This document shows positions 1 through 8,846 of a stretch of 64,000 bases of DNA, piece by piece. The stretch lies in the IMG/VR virus record IMGVR_UViG_3300032322_001781, one strand, 5' to 3'. Source of the stretch: a virus. Lineage: Duplodnaviria > Heunggongvirae > Uroviricota > Caudoviricetes. Under the pieces are notes generated by a model that was given only the letters and a program-made list of their open reading frames with translations, made no database searches and was not told where the DNA came from. Within the stretch, counting starts at the first letter, position 1. Every line of letters starts with the position of its first letter. Both the position numbers and the translations under genes were made by a program.

Positions 1-2
1 TT

Positions 3-2477
3 TACAACCAAGCATCGTTCCTTATTTCGAAGATGTTACCAACAACATTCATGCGTTCATCAACGATGGGTACTGCTGGTCAGTGGAAGTTAATTATGTC
101 TGCATGGTCATATGAAAATGGATTGGCAATTCCAGAAACACAATCAAAACGTGATTTCACTGGTGGTCTTTCAAGATTATTGCAAGTTGGATACGCCAAG
201 AATGTTGTAAAGCTTGACTTTGCGGCTCTTTATCCTAAAACACAGTTAACTTGGAGTATTTTCCCAGATTTGGATATATCTGGTGTTATGCGTGGTATTT
301 TAACGTATGTTGTAGATACTCGTGACCATTTTAAATTCTTGACTGGTATTGAAAAAGGTAAACTCAAAAAGCTTCAGAAGAAGTTAGATGAGAATAAAGC
401 CAACATGACATCTGAAGAAATCACATCTTTAAAACCTGAAATTTCAGAACATAAAAGATTATCAACTCTATATGACAAGAAACAGTTGCCACTTAAGATT
501 CTTGCAAACTCATGGTTTGGTTCGTATGGCGCACCTTATATCTTTAACTGGGGTGATACTGATTCGGCTGAGGAAACAACATGTCGTGGTCGTCAATCCC
601 TTCGACTTATGGTTAGGCACTTTACTGAAAAACATGGTTTTAAACCTCTAGTGGGAGATACTGATGGTTTTAACTTTGCATTTCCTGACAATATTGATGA
701 TATAAAATATGTTGCAAAGGGTAGTCATTGGAAAACAAAAGACGATGCTGGTAAAGAACTAATTGGATTAGATGCTGTGTTGGCTGAGTTTAATGAAAAT
801 TATATGGAAGGCCGTATGGGTCTAGACATTGATGATGTTTGTAATGCAACAATAAACTTTGCTAGAAAGAATTACGCCAATGATATTGATGGTAAAATAA
901 AATTGGTTGGTAACTCAGTCAAATCCAAAAAAATGTCTGTCTTTATTGAGGATTTTTTGAGCAAAGCTATTCGTATGTTATTAGATGGTGATGGTTATTC
1001 GTTTATAAACTATTATTATCAATACGTTGATAAGATTTATAACTATCAAATTCCTTTGGTTAAGATGGCAACAAAAGCTAAGGTAAAGTCTACGATTTCT
1101 GAATATAGGAAAAAGGCCACGATGAAGAATAAGGCTGGTAATCCAATGCCAAAACAAGCACATATGGAGCTTGCGTTACGTGAAGGTATGGATGTTACAT
1201 TAGGAGATGTATTGTACTATATAAACACTGGTAATTCAAAAACACAGGGTGATTTAAAAACAATAAATAGGTCAAAACTAAGTAAAAAACAATTAGAAAA
1301 ATATATTGCTGAACATGGTGGACCTCCAACGTCTGAGATTACAGTTCAGTTAAATTGTAAACTTATAAACCCAGAAATAGTTGACCGTGACTTTGAATTG
1401 ATTAAAGAGGTTGAAATGCTAACCAAAGCTTTGGCTCAACTAGAAGAAGACCCAGAGTCACAAGAAAGTATTCAAAACCGTATTGATGAGATAAATTCTC
1501 TATTATTTACAGATGAATACAATGTAGGAAAGTATTTAGAATCTTTTAATAAAAAAGTAAAACCACTGCTTGTTTGTTTTCAACCAGAAATACGTGATAG
1601 GGTCCTTTTAAATATTGTAAAACACAAAGACAAAACAACCAAAATAATAACTGAAAAGTTGCAAGATAGGTTAGTCTTTACAAAAGGAGAATGTGAATTG
1701 ATTTCTGGAATACCTTTTAAACAAGCAGACCAAGATTCATATGAAGAACTTATGACGATGGAGGATAAAGAAATAAAATTTTGGGATAAGGTTAATAAAG
1801 TGCCTAATTACATGTCTGTAGAAGAATGGGAATCTATAAGAAAAGATTATCATGAAAGAATGGCAATAGCAAAAGCTGAAGGTATTGAAAACGAGAAAAA
1901 TACACTAGAAAATATTTTTAAAAAACTAGAAGTTGGTGATTTGAATAAAGTGATAACAAAAGGTGTATTGCCAATAGAAGTTTTTTCTATATGTGATTTA
2001 TTAGGTGATGGTTCTGGTAATCTTGTTTCTAGAAAATGGGGTGAACAATTATGTCATGTTGATGATATATTTAAACATGAAAAAGAGGCTGTTGAACGGA
2101 ATAAATTCTATAAATTAACTGGTTGTGAAAATGATGAACAACGATATGAGTTGTGGTTAGATTATATTATCGAACAAAAGTTTTTAAGCGGTGAAACTGA
2201 AACAATAAAAGTTGATGAAATTGATGTGGATAAAGAAAATATAGTAGAAAAAATAACCGAGTATTCTAAAGAAGTAAAAGTAACTGTTGAACCTGCTAAT
2301 ATTTTACAAAAATCTGATGATGATGACGAATCTGAAGATGAAGAAGAGTCTGAAACAGATGAATACGATGATGGATTTAAATTAGATGATGAATTTGATG
2401 ATACATTTGCGGATACTCCAGATGATTATGTTTTTGAACAACCTAAAGAAGTTGATGAAGATGAATGGCCATTTTAA
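3..2477 (+). CDS. Family B DNA polymerase, C-terminal part (5' truncated by window edge)
   Basis: PolB motifs: region II DFAALYP, region III KILANSWFG, region I VGDTDG, plus RKNYA. The frame is open from nt 3 (YNQASFLISKM), so the start lies upstream of the window. Long acidic C-terminal tail. Confidence 0.93.
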   Translation, partial: YNQASFLISKMLPTTFMRSSTMGTAGQWKLIMSAWSYENGLAIPETQSKRDFTGGLSRLLQVGYAKNVVKLDFAALYPKTQLTWSIFPDLDISGVMRGILTYVVDTRDHFKFLTGIEKGKLKKLQKKLDENKANMTSEEITSLKPEISEHKRLSTLYDKKQLPLKILANSWFGSYGAPYIFNWGDTDSAEETTCRGRQSLRLMVRHFTEKHGFKPLVGDTDGFNFAFPDNIDDIKYVAKGSHWKTKDDAGKELIGLDAVLAEFNENYMEGRMGLDIDDVCNATINFARKNYANDIDGKIKLVGNSVKSKKMSVFIEDFLSKAIRMLLDGDGYSFINYYYQYVDKIYNYQIPLVKMATKAKVKSTISEYRKKATMKNKAGNPMPKQAHMELALREGMDVTLGDVLYYINTGNSKTQGDLKTINRSKLSKKQLEKYIAEHGGPPTSEITVQLNCKLINPEIVDRDFELIKEVEMLTKALAQLEEDPESQESIQNRIDEINSLLFTDEYNVGKYLESFNKKVKPLLVCFQPEIRDRVLLNIVKHKDKTTKIITEKLQDRLVFTKGECELISGIPFKQADQDSYEELMTMEDKEIKFWDKVNKVPNYMSVEEWESIRKDYHERMAIAKAEGIENEKNTLENIFKKLEVGDLNKVITKGVLPIEVFSICDLLGDGSGNLVSRKWGEQLCHVDDIFKHEKEAVERNKFYKLTGCENDEQRYELWLDYIIEQKFLSGETETIKVDEIDVDKENIVEKITEYSKEVKVTVEPANILQKSDDDDESEDEEESETDEYDDGFKLDDEFDDTFADTPDDYVFEQPKEVDEDEWPF

Positions 2478-2479
2478 AT

Positions 2480-2508
2480 AAAAAAGGGGGATATTCCCCC
2501 TTTTTTTT
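2480..2508. terminator. Bidirectional intrinsic terminator between convergent polymerase and neck genes
   Basis: AAAAAAGGGGGA-TAT-TCCCCCTTTTTTTT hairpin flanked by A and T tracts. Confidence 0.85.
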
Positions 2509-2509
2509 A

Positions 2510-3652
2510 TTAATAAACCCAAAATCCTAATGGGTGATGTTTTAAATTCCTATTTAAATATTCAGCTTCGTTAGCACTTCGTTCTAATTGAGAAGTTGTT
2601 GATAGACGTTTAAGTCTTTCGTCTAATCTTTCTAGCACTGATTTTCTTTCTTCGTTACCTTCACTTAAAAGACTGTCATAATCCATAGTTCTTTCAGCTT
2701 CTGGTGGTCCAACAATTCCACCAAATTTACCTCTAACTCTACCCAAAGTTCTTTTACCTTCAGCTAGGAATAATTGTCGTACCAATGTTTTTGTTGGTTC
2801 GTTAAAATCAGCGTAGTCTAATTTTGATAATGGAATTTGATTTGGAAGTTTTATGATATCTGGATTATCTTTTAAACATTGGTCTACGTTTTCTGGTTTT
2901 GTATCATAATAAAAATACCAAACTTGGCAACCAGTCAGATTGATAGAACTACCAACCCCTCCGATACCTTGACCGAAAGAAAATTTAGAACCTGGCGTGC
3001 TTAATAAATGCAACAATTTCGTTCCATTAGGACCAGCAGTCACTTTATAAACCAATTCACTTCTTATGATTCTATTTTTTAGATTCATATCCGCTGCTGT
3101 TAACAATATATCAAACGCTGGTGCTATGTAATAACCCATACGAGCAAAACCTGGACCACCTGTTCCAGTACCACCACCAGTTTGAGCAAAACCACCACCA
3201 AAACCGTAGTCTATAGCACCATAATTTGCCAATAAAGCTTGACTAGTTGCTGGTGGAGTTATCCATAAAACTTCATTTATTTCACGACCAGCTGGGATTT
3301 GGTAAACTTGTCTACCAGCCTCTAATTCTACATAGTCTTTTTTAAGTTCCCATGGACCATTTGTCTGTAAACCAACTTGTTTTGAATAAGCATATGTTGA
3401 TTGTTGTACATAATCTAATGACCTTACACTAAGAGCAAATGCCATGTCTGTTGTTGTAATATTTTGACCAAGAAGTGATTGCCACTGATGTTCTATAAGC
3501 CATTCTTGCACGTATTGTGCATAGTCTTCTATAGATATTTCAAGTAGTGTGCAAAGTTGGTCGTCTGTAAGTTCTATTTGACGAATAGGTGCTCCAAGTG
3601 AGTGTCTAAATTGTCTAAATAGTTTTTCTTTATCATCTGTGTTTACTGACAT
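2510..3652 (-). CDS. Neck protein / head-tail adaptor, T4 gp13-like
   Basis: N-terminus FRHSLGAPIRQIELTDDQLCTLLE resembles the gp13 LGAP..V/IEL..DQ motif; C-terminal GRVRGKF...LLSEG..E pattern; preceded by a TATTTATA motif. Confidence 0.75.
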   Translation of the reverse strand: MSVNTDDKEKLFRQFRHSLGAPIRQIELTDDQLCTLLEISIEDYAQYVQEWLIEHQWQSLLGQNITTTDMAFALSVRSLDYVQQSTYAYSKQVGLQTNGPWELKKDYVELEAGRQVYQIPAGREINEVLWITPPATSQALLANYGAIDYGFGGGFAQTGGGTGTGGPGFARMGYYIAPAFDILLTAADMNLKNRIIRSELVYKVTAGPNGTKLLHLLSTPGSKFSFGQGIGGVGSSINLTGCQVWYFYYDTKPENVDQCLKDNPDIIKLPNQIPLSKLDYADFNEPTKTLVRQLFLAEGKRTLGRVRGKFGGIVGPPEAERTMDYDSLLSEGNEERKSVLERLDERLKRLSTTSQLERSANEAEYLNRNLKHHPLGFWVY

Positions 3653-3689
3653 AGTTTATCTTTTCCTATAAATATTAGATAAACCTGAA

Positions 3690-3944
3690 TTAAACTAAAA
3701 ATCTCTTGGTTAATTCAGCCGCTTCTCTAATACTTTGAAATGATACATTTGGGACCAATAATTGGTTTTTTACTCTTACGATAGGAACTTCTTCTGATTT
3801 TGTTATTTCATGAATTTTGTTATATTCTTCTTCGTTTTCAGGTAAATTTACATTTACATCAGTGAATTCAATTCCTTCAGCTGAAAGAATTTCTTTAAGT
3901 TCTGTGCAATAAGGGCACTTTGGGATTGAATATATTCTTACCAT
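3690..3944 (-). CDS. Glutaredoxin / NrdH-like redoxin
   Basis: 84 aa with CPYC active site and VP cis-proline motif. Confidence 0.9.
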   Translation of the reverse strand: MVRIYSIPKCPYCTELKEILSAEGIEFTDVNVNLPENEEEYNKIHEITKSEEVPIVRVKNQLLVPNVSFQSIREAAELTKRFLV

Positions 3945-3953
3945 TATAAATTG

Positions 3954-4796
3954 TTATTTTAAATCTTTATATACTCTAACCACTTTTTTATCCTTTACCT
4001 CATAAACCATATTTATCTCAAGGTTTTCATCCATTATATTTGGTGAAAAGTGTAAACCATCCTCCCATAATTCTGGATTTATTAGTTCATACGTAATTGG
4101 GTTTATCATTGGTTTAGGTTCTGAAAAATCAATTTCAGAAATTGGTGTTGGTTTATGAAAAATAAATGGCAATATATTTTCGTTTTCAGATGCTTTAAAA
4201 ATATCTTCAATTTTAATTATTTTATTTCCAAATAAAACTTTATCACCAACAAACTCGTATTTAGATTTAATATAATTTTCAAACCAATCTAGAAAATTAA
4301 CAATATCTTGGTATGAATAATCACTTTCAATATCCATAAATATTTTATGGTCTAAAAACATCCCAATGGGATAATAAACCCAATCATCTGGATTTCTACT
4401 ATCGACTTCATCCACTAATTCTCTACAAAAAGATAAATCATTAAAATGATGTTTATATACGTGAGGCTCATACCCACCAATTTTAGTTTTATATGGTAAA
4501 TTTAAACTTTTAATAAAATAAGGTTTTTTTTCATAATTAACATTAGATTCATATAATGATTTACGAAGTTTTAGTTTAAGCGTTTCTAACTTTTTATTGT
4601 AGTTGGTATTTGTCTTCACAACAAAACCATTTTTTTTGAATTCGTCAACTTCTTCATCTGAACAATCTTCAATCCATTTAATATCAATATCAGTAAGTTC
4701 TGTTCCAAATTCACCATCATCGTTTATTTTAGTTTCACCACGATTGGCAAATGGTATTAAACCGTTTTCTGGTATTTTAAATCCTATACTTTTCAT
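3954..4796 (-). CDS. Hypothetical protein
   Basis: 280-aa ORF tightly packed in the minus-strand cluster; no recognised motif. Confidence 0.6.
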   Translation of the reverse strand: MKSIGFKIPENGLIPFANRGETKINDDGEFGTELTDIDIKWIEDCSDEEVDEFKKNGFVVKTNTNYNKKLETLKLKLRKSLYESNVNYEKKPYFIKSLNLPYKTKIGGYEPHVYKHHFNDLSFCRELVDEVDSRNPDDWVYYPIGMFLDHKIFMDIESDYSYQDIVNFLDWFENYIKSKYEFVGDKVLFGNKIIKIEDIFKASENENILPFIFHKPTPISEIDFSEPKPMINPITYELINPELWEDGLHFSPNIMDENLEINMVYEVKDKKVVRVYKDLK

Positions 4797-4799
4797 AAT

Positions 4800-5276
4800 T
4801 TATTTTTTAAAAAATTCAATTAGTTTTATTTTTGGTAAATTCAAAACATTAATTATTTTAAAATCTGAACCATCAGTATTAGTTAATATAATATGATATG
4901 ATTCGATTTTAAAATCTGTTTTAATCACAACTCCAATATTATTTACATCCTCTTTGATTAAGAAAAATGGTTCAAAATCTTCTTTAATATCAGATTTATA
5001 TCTTTTATAATTATATACATCATTTTCACCAATAATGTAAAAATTTTCAAAGTTTTCAAATATTGTACAAATTTCTCCAGACGTAATTATAACATCTAAG
5101 TTAAATTCTTTCATATGATATAAGACAACTTTATTCAGTGTTTCATTATGCTCAAGTTGAGTAATTCCATCAGTTTGATACCATTCGTAATCCCATACAT
5201 AATCGGGTAAAATATTAACTTTTTTTTCGTATTCCTTAAATATTTTATATTCAAGTCTTTTTAATAAGTTTTTCAT
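4800..5276 (-). CDS. Hypothetical protein
   Basis: 158-aa ORF whose start overlaps the helicase stop by 4 nt. Confidence 0.6.
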   Translation of the reverse strand: MKNLLKRLEYKIFKEYEKKVNILPDYVWDYEWYQTDGITQLEHNETLNKVVLYHMKEFNLDVIITSGEICTIFENFENFYIIGENDVYNYKRYKSDIKEDFEPFFLIKEDVNNIGVVIKTDFKIESYHIILTNTDGSDFKIINVLNLPKIKLIEFFKK

Positions 5277-7117
5277 AATTCGTTCATTAATTGTTCTGTC
5301 ATAGTAATAGTTATTTCTTCTTCAGACATTTTTTTATCACCTATTATGGTTGATATAATATCTTTTTTATTATTTAACATTGACCACATTCTAGTTGATA
5401 TTGTGTCTTCAAACAACTGGTAATAAACATTAACATCATTTTTTTGACCAATCCTAAACGCTCTATCTTCTGCCTGTTCGTTGTCGCCTGGAACCCATGA
5501 AAATGAATTAAACACAACCACAGTGGCTTCAGTAAGTGTGATAGCAACACCAGCAGATTTTATATTTCCAATAAAAACTTTTACTTTTGAATTTTTTTGG
5601 AAAGCGTCAACAGATTTTTGTTTTTGTGTTGTGCTCATTGGTCCGTTGTGAGTAACCGCTAATTTTCCAAAATACTCAGCCAGTGCTTCAAGTTCGTTTG
5701 TAAAAGAAGTAAAAATAATTACTTTTCGACCCATGTCTATTGCATTTTCTACCATTTCAATTGTGTGTGGAATAGCAGCTTCAGCAATAAATTGGCGTAG
5801 CAAAATAAGTTCTACCAAATCTTTTTGCAAATTACCATTTTTTTTACCTTCAGTTATTCTTTTTTGTAAATAATCTTCCCATAACCCTTCATATTCTAAC
5901 CATTCTGAGTCTGATAGTCTATGATACATTGGCGTGATAACCTTATCTGGCATATCCAAAACGTCTGTTTTTAAACGTCTAAGTATTATATTTTTGGTTT
6001 TTGCAGCTAGTTCATCCAAATTGCTAGCACCATCTGTTAGCCATATTTGTCTTTTTTGGCCATTTTTAAGCGTTCTGAAGAATTTTTTTCCGTCACAATA
6101 TCTAACAGCATAGTGTTTCCAATTTTCAGCTAGTGGAGACTTTATTATGCGTAACAGATTAAAAAAATCCATCGGTCTATTAGCAACTGGTGTACCAGTT
6201 AATAACCAAACTTTTGTCACATTGTATTTAGTGCAAAGTTCAACCATTATTTTACCCCTTATGCTATCATTATTTTTTAAATAATGTGCCTCATCAATAA
6301 TAACAAGGTCAAAACCAGCGTTTGATAACTCTCTTCTAAGTATTTGTTGTGGTTCGCCTTCATTTCTTTTTTTACCATCAGGCAGGGTGTAAAAGTTTTT
6401 AAGAATATCAAAGTTTATTATGGTAAATTTTGCATGGTTCCATTTTTTACCTTCTACAATAACAGTATCATCACAAAAAACATTTATTTCACGTTCCCAA
6501 TTTATTTTTGCTGAAGATGGACAAACAACCAATATTTTTTTAGCACCACTTTCTAGAGCAGCTATTATTGATTGGGATGTTTTTCCCAACCCCATGTCAT
6601 CAGCCAACACACAACCTTTTCTGGACAATAAAAACTTTATACCTTCTTCTTGGTGTTTATATAATTTTTTACCGCTTTTTGATAAGATTTTATTGTATTT
6701 TTCAAAGTCCACATCAACACTTATCGGTTCAAAATATGGGTCATCGGTTACTTGTGTTTTTGGTAACCAATACATTTTAGATTCTTTTTGGTTTTTCTTT
6801 AATTTACCGTATACGTGAAATGATTTATCTGTTTCAGCTAAAATGAATTCTACTAATATTTTTTCTGGTTCGAATGATAAATCATCCAATTTTTTTAACT
6901 CTTCACCCAAGTATTTTGTAATACCAATAATTCTATTTATAAATAAAGGTTGGCGGTTATGATTTTCAATTATGTATTTTGATTGAGTTTCGGTTAAAGA
7001 AATTTTTTGGTTTTTTAAATATTCGTTCTTTAGTTTTAACAAATAGGGATTTATTCCATTGTATGTTTCTAACAATGATAAAGCTGAATGTCCTTTTATG
7101 TCATCAAGTGAAATCAA
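5273..7117 (-). CDS. SNF2-family SF2 helicase (SMARCAL1/HARP-like)
   Basis: LADDMGLGKT (Walker A), IIDEAH, LTGTPVANR, GVAITLT and QAEDRAFRIGQ motifs. Start moved to TTG 7117 because the ORF-track start at 7183 coincides with a promoter -33 element. Confidence 0.9.
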   Translation of the reverse strand: MISLDDIKGHSALSLLETYNGINPYLLKLKNEYLKNQKISLTETQSKYIIENHNRQPLFINRIIGITKYLGEELKKLDDLSFEPEKILVEFILAETDKSFHVYGKLKKNQKESKMYWLPKTQVTDDPYFEPISVDVDFEKYNKILSKSGKKLYKHQEEGIKFLLSRKGCVLADDMGLGKTSQSIIAALESGAKKILVVCPSSAKINWEREINVFCDDTVIVEGKKWNHAKFTIINFDILKNFYTLPDGKKRNEGEPQQILRRELSNAGFDLVIIDEAHYLKNNDSIRGKIMVELCTKYNVTKVWLLTGTPVANRPMDFFNLLRIIKSPLAENWKHYAVRYCDGKKFFRTLKNGQKRQIWLTDGASNLDELAAKTKNIILRRLKTDVLDMPDKVITPMYHRLSDSEWLEYEGLWEDYLQKRITEGKKNGNLQKDLVELILLRQFIAEAAIPHTIEMVENAIDMGRKVIIFTSFTNELEALAEYFGKLAVTHNGPMSTTQKQKSVDAFQKNSKVKVFIGNIKSAGVAITLTEATVVVFNSFSWVPGDNEQAEDRAFRIGQKNDVNVYYQLFEDTISTRMWSMLNNKKDIISTIIGDKKMSEEEITITMTEQLMNEL

Positions 7118-7152
7118 AATTGACTTTATTTTTAATTTTTTATAATTATAAC

Positions 7153-7183
7153 TAAATATAATAATTTTTATCCAATAAATCAA
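7153..7183 (-). promoter_or_regulatory. Bacteroidota-type sigma70 promoter (near consensus) for the helicase cluster
   Basis: Minus strand TTG-N20-TATATTTA versus consensus TTTG-N19-21-TAnnTTTG. Confidence 0.5.
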
Positions 7184-7236
7184 TAGAAAACCAACTATTA
7201 ATTTAAAATGAAACTATTTATATAGAAAACATAAAC

Positions 7237-7759
7237 ATGAAAGATAAAAAAATAACACCTATAACTAGGATAAATAAATTCTTCTCTGAAGAAGATTTTT
7301 TTTTTAGAAATCAGCATGGGTCGTGAAGCTATTGAGGGTGATGGAAATTTTACTCTAATTCTTTATAGAGTTGATAGGCAAGTGACTGAATATGATGGTA
7401 TCTATGGTGAAGCTACAAAAGACGGTATTAGATTTTACCCACCTGTTGAGCTTAAAGTAGTACCTATTTTAGATAAGCCAGAGAATCAAACCTATAATTC
7501 AAATGGTAGTCTTAGGCATATCCAAGATGGTAATTTAACATTTGGTATTTATACTTCTCAATTGGATGAGTTAAAAACATCTATTAGTTATGGTGATTAT
7601 ATTGGTTACCCAGTCACTGAGACTGAAATAAGATACTTTAGTGTTGCTAATGATGGGATAAAAAATTACGATAACGAACATACTATTATGGGTTATAAGG
7701 GGGCGTTTAGAACTATCGTTTGTGCACCAGTAGATAATACCGAGTTTCGTGGTATGTAA
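7237..7759 (+). CDS. Neck / head-completion protein (gp14-like), frame broken by a T10 tract
   Basis: ATG 7237 lies 15 nt after TATTTATA and reads MKDKKITPITRINKFFSEEDFF. Removing one T from 7296-7305 joins it in frame to LEISMGREAIEGD of the 7316..7759 ORF. Product inferred from position before the tail terminator gene. Confidence 0.6.
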
Positions 7760-7787
7760 TAAACATATTTATTAAGAAAAAAATATC

Positions 7788-8846
7788 ATGGCAGTACCAA
7801 AAGGTTTTAGAACCAACATAAACATTCTTAATCAAAAAATAGGACCAGAGAGGAGGCAAGAAATATTGGATGGAATTGCCAATCAAGGAACCTTTTTACC
7901 TAGAGGGGTGTCTGAAGAAGATATGGACCAAGCTTTTGTTGAATTTTTGAAAGATGATGGTCGTGTAATGATTACAATCGATGGTGAAAGGATTCCAGTT
8001 ATATTTTTAACGATTCAAAGATGGACAGAGTTTACAAAAACATGGAAATTTACTGATGAGTATAAAAATATAGAAATGCCTTTTATTACGGTTGTAAGAA
8101 GACCAGATATACAACAAGGACAAAACCAAGCTGGACTATGGAATATACCAGGTAATAGAACCTATACATACATGAAAATACCTACATGGGATGGAATAAG
8201 ACATGGTATTGATTTGTATAAGGTTCCGCAACCAACACCTGTTGATATTACATATGAGGTTAGAATCTTCACAAATAGAATGAAAGATTTGAATAATTTT
8301 AACGGTCTTATTCAAAGGGCTTTTCAATCTAGACAATGTTATATAAACGTAAAAGGACACCCTATGCCATTACATTTGGAAGGTATTGGTGATGAGAGCA
8401 ACATTGAGAATTTTGAAAATAGACGTTTTTATATTCAAATGTTTGAAATGAAATTGCTTGGATATTTATTGGATGAGAATGATTATGAAGTTATACCTAC
8501 TATAAACAGAACTGTAATGACGTTAGAACTAGAAGAAACAAAAATATTTAATGATGTTATTTTTGAACCTAAGTTAGTTAATAACGATGTTACTTTTAAC
8601 TTTGTTTATAAAGCTAGAGCAAACAACCAATTTACATTTACAGCTCAGTATAATGTTACATTTAGTCAATTAGTTAATATAGAAAATTTAAATAGAATAG
8701 TTATAACAGTAAACAATGTAACTATATTTGATGGAACAGTATTGGTAACACCATTTGTTTTTAATGCAAATGATGTTATTAGCATAAGAGTATATAAAGA
8801 CTTCCTTAAAATAGGTAACTTTACATTAATAGGAAATACATTCTAA
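7788..8846 (+). CDS. Tail completion / terminator protein (gp15-like)
   Basis: IPVIF..QRW, MPFITV and VPQPTPVDITYEVRIFTNRMKDLN motifs resemble tail sheath stabilisers; sits upstream of the sheath gene. Confidence 0.65.
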   Translation: MAVPKGFRTNINILNQKIGPERRQEILDGIANQGTFLPRGVSEEDMDQAFVEFLKDDGRVMITIDGERIPVIFLTIQRWTEFTKTWKFTDEYKNIEMPFITVVRRPDIQQGQNQAGLWNIPGNRTYTYMKIPTWDGIRHGIDLYKVPQPTPVDITYEVRIFTNRMKDLNNFNGLIQRAFQSRQCYINVKGHPMPLHLEGIGDESNIENFENRRFYIQMFEMKLLGYLLDENDYEVIPTINRTVMTLELEETKIFNDVIFEPKLVNNDVTFNFVYKARANNQFTFTAQYNVTFSQLVNIENLNRIVITVNNVTIFDGTVLVTPFVFNANDVISIRVYKDFLKIGNFTLIGNTF

